The position numbers and the translations under genes were made by a program. A model generated the notes under the pieces. The model was not told where the DNA came from. It made no database searches and saw only the letters and a list, made by a program, of their open reading frames with translations. DNA of 64,000 bases from Fistulifera solaris (lineage: Eukaryota): contig AP026136.1 in NCBI GenBank assembly GCA_030295235.1, positions 434,001-498,000 of the forward strand. The letters run 5' to 3'. Below are positions 61,317-64,000 of this stretch, piece after piece; position 1 is the stretch's first letter, and each line of letters begins with the position of its first letter.

Positions 61317-62411
61317 TCACTCACATTCATCTTCTGCTTCTTCTACGTTCTCTGAAATGGTTGCATGATAATTGCCTGTCGTTAGTGGGTCCATTATTTC
61401 ATCGAGATCCGCAGTATCATTCGTGTTTCGATATAGCCAGTAATGCTGGACGATAAAAATGATATCAAAGAGAATGGATATTACACCCAGGTAGAGTTTG
61501 GCAGGATTACCAGTGATCCCAGCCCAATCTTTCATGTCCATCGAGTCGAAGACTAATTGCAAATCATTGAGCACGCCCCCATTGAGATCCAGAAGAATTT
61601 GCCAGATAGAAAAGCCAACTGTAGATTTTCGTCGGAAATTCAAAATTACTTGAGGGATGTATTTTGTCAGAGTGACAATGATCTTGACGAAGGATAGCAT
61701 GTAAAGGTATTGGAGCCACGTTCCAAACTTCATCCCAGCCAATTGGAGCAGAGGATAGGCCACGGCCAAGACGCTAACGACCGCGATGAAACAGAGAATG
61801 ATTCGAAAAGGTCGCTGTTGCGAACGCAAACCGTCAAAGTAAGCAATTTGAAGAAACGTAATGGAAGCGAGTACGAACGAATGCACGGCGAATGCCACAT
61901 CGTTGCTTTGTACTGTGATCGGGGCATCATTGTGTTGTTCTCTGTATTCTTTTGAACCTCGGCGGAGTAAAACAGGGAAAGATTGTAAATGGCATAGCAG
62001 GCAAAACCGAGGACATTCAAGCCGCAAAAGTCGGCACTCAAACCGAGCGTCGTTCTTCGTTTAAAATTGTTAATTACTTGCGGGTAGAAACTCACACCCC
62101 ACGCCACAAAGCACGTGTATCCAATCATGGAAGAAATGATTCGATAGAACGGTGTGGGAAGAGACTCATTCTTGGGCATGAGGAAACCCAATAAACTCCC
62201 ACACACAGTCACGAATAATAAACCGAAGAAAATAGTCGGTAGAGAGTCTTGATGATCGGTGACCGGAGATAGCATCATTTCTAACCAACGGCCACAACGA
62301 TGTCGAAACACATTGCCTGCGTTTTTCTTCCTGCCGCTGCCGCGCTCGTCCTCCTTCTTCATCTACTAGGAGAGGCGTCGATGAAGTCGTCGGGGTCTCG
62401 TGAGTTGACAT
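61317..62411 (-). CDS. CTNS: Cystinosin-like PQ-loop lysosomal/vacuolar transporter
   Basis: AWGVSFYPQVINNFKRRTTLGLSADF, VQSNDVAFAVH, KYIPQVILNFRRKSTVGFSI, GNPAKLYLG, FDIIFIVQHY; frameshifts near 62345 and 61950. Confidence 0.9.
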
Positions 62412-62901
62412 TCTTCTCGGTATGATCGCTCCTGGAATGAAAATGTTCTATAGTCGGATCTTGTCGAAAACCATTTTGTGTTGTCGCGTGCGTCATGCGT
62501 TGGAGGTAGTTTTGTGTAATAGTACCGGTAAGATACACAGGGGAGCGAATGCTGACGACAGCATGGTTTGCATTTAATGGAAAGGAAAACCTGGTGGAAC
62601 CATCTTGATGATGATTATACTTCTTTGATGTTTACAAGTACATTCAGATGCAGCATGTGCATCGATGAGCGAAGGCTTGTGTGCTTGTATCCGATAGACA
62701 GTGGACGGAATGAATTCCATCCTGCACAGCGCAGTGGACTATAGATTAATAAGTGTCGACTGTTTCGGGCGGCGTAGTTTACCTTCCGTGTCTCCTCGTT
62801 TATTGCCAAGAGCCGTCCGCCTTCAAGACAGCGAGATTTCTTTTCGTTCAATACGAAGCAAAGGATTGATTTAATCAACAACAACAAAAGAAAAAGAAAA
62901 A

Positions 62902-64000
62902 ATGGTAACCGAATCCATTAAAATCGATCACAACCGAATCCCCAAAACTCCGTCGCGTGATTTGCTTTCCAAGTCTCTCGACTATTCGAGCTTATGGACC
63001 CAGCAACCGCGGTACGTGAACGACACGGCAAGCAGCTGTGCATCAGGAATGATTCTCACATTTCTTTCACCAGAAAACGCCCTTATGCACATCATGTCAG
63101 CGAGCTGTCCAATATATCTCATGCAGGATACCTGCTGAAACGCAGCAATCGTCCTTATCAAACTGTGAACCCGTTTCCACGCGACGACGAAGAAGTGAAC
63201 TTCAAGTACGGACGTCCTCGATTAAAACCGATTCTGTCGTCGCAAATTGAACTGTCGGCCATTGATACGATTGAAACAATACAGCCACCGCGACAGTTAC
63301 TCCTTATACCGCATGAAGTGAACACAGACCCGGATCAACATTTGCCAGACAACAAGACGAATGAGATTGAATGCAGAAACGTGTCGACAACCAATCAGCA
63401 TGATGCCTTTGACCAAACACTGCAATTCGCGGCATCCTTTTCGGTATACCGCTTAATCTTTTACCGAAGAGCCAACAAAAGGACGTGGATTATGACGATG
63501 ATGAATTGACATTTCGGTTTGGCGATCCTTCGTCCCCTCCTTCAACCCGCAGCATACCCATTCGAACGAATAATTCGGAAGCCGATACCGAACGACCGAG
63601 TTCCTTTCGTTTTTCCTTTAGTTCGTCACAGTCCGAAGAACTGAAACATTTGGAGCACCGATCCCTCTCCGATTGCAGTCACCCGGGCGATTTTGTCGAA
63701 GACGATGGTCACATTTGGCGTGCGAGATACTGCATTTTAGAGGATGGCGTTTTGTACTTTTACCGACATCAGCAAGATGCCGAGTCACCAGAAGCTCGCT
63801 TGGAGCGTCAACAAAAGAAAGGAGGGGACGAAGCATCGAAACCACTGCCTCTTGGGTACAGCCCTACTCCCACGATTCATGCAAAAGAACGGGAGGACTC
63901 GCAGGGTGCATACTTATGGGAAAAACGTGTTGCTCTCAACTGTGTTGGAGCGGTACGTTCGGCAGAGTTTGAATACGGCAAGAACTCGTTCGAGCTTGCC
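62902..64000 (+). CDS. PH-domain protein (partial; runs off the window)
   Basis: SHAGYLLKRSN; later, read directly from the sequence, DGHIWRARYCILEDGVLYFYR...WEKRVALNCVGAVRSAEFEYGKNSFEL; frameshifts near 63065 and 63440. Confidence 0.7.

Noticed and set aside
21149..62411. Lysosome/autophagy 'cluster' (LAMTOR4-like, ATG3, SPPL, cystinosin)
   Set aside because: Spread over 40 kb among many unrelated genes; compatible with chance in a gene-dense genome
4430..63450. Programmed ribosomal frameshifting or mass pseudogenisation
   Set aside because: No shared slippery-site or stop-codon context, both shift directions occur, and sites track homopolymers; sequencing error is much more parsimonious
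1..64000. tRNA, rRNA, CRISPR arrays, prokaryotic operons
   Set aside because: No cloverleaf or T-loop signatures, rRNA-like tracts or regularly spaced repeats seen by eye; the genes have spliceosomal introns. tRNAscan-SE or Infernal would be needed to exclude small RNAs

Overview
Gene-dense eukaryotic nuclear DNA, most likely from a diatom (stramenopile). This rests on short GT-AG introns (about 60-130 nt), short intergenic spacers, bipartite plastid-targeting presequences (signal peptide followed by F/W) and a nuclear ycf34. About 36 protein-coding genes are supportable, including serC, a CAMK-type kinase, a GT60 GlcNAc transferase, a MINDY deubiquitinase, a PHD/bromo/SET protein, a LAMTOR4-like protein, an Mpr1-like GNAT, ycf34, eIF1A, RPS8, ATG3, mTERF, D27, a 5'-nucleotidase, SPPL, WrbA, a JmjC protein, golgin-84, TMEM144-like, Timeless, cereblon and cystinosin. 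There is also a 5'-truncated restriction-like-endonuclease (CRE-type) non-LTR retrotransposon remnant. Many genes carry single-base frameshifts in homopolymer runs, best explained as long-read consensus errors. I found no tRNA, rRNA or CRISPR features. I cannot show a clear-cut novel system. The best leads are a tandemly amplified CDK+CK2 phospho-module in the Timeless tail, recurrent GTAC(C) arrays and TGAC clusters in promoters, a divergent Ragulator subunit, a DFE/non-RD kinase and a mitochondrion-targeted bacterial-type SerC. All family calls come from motif recognition by eye, not database searches.
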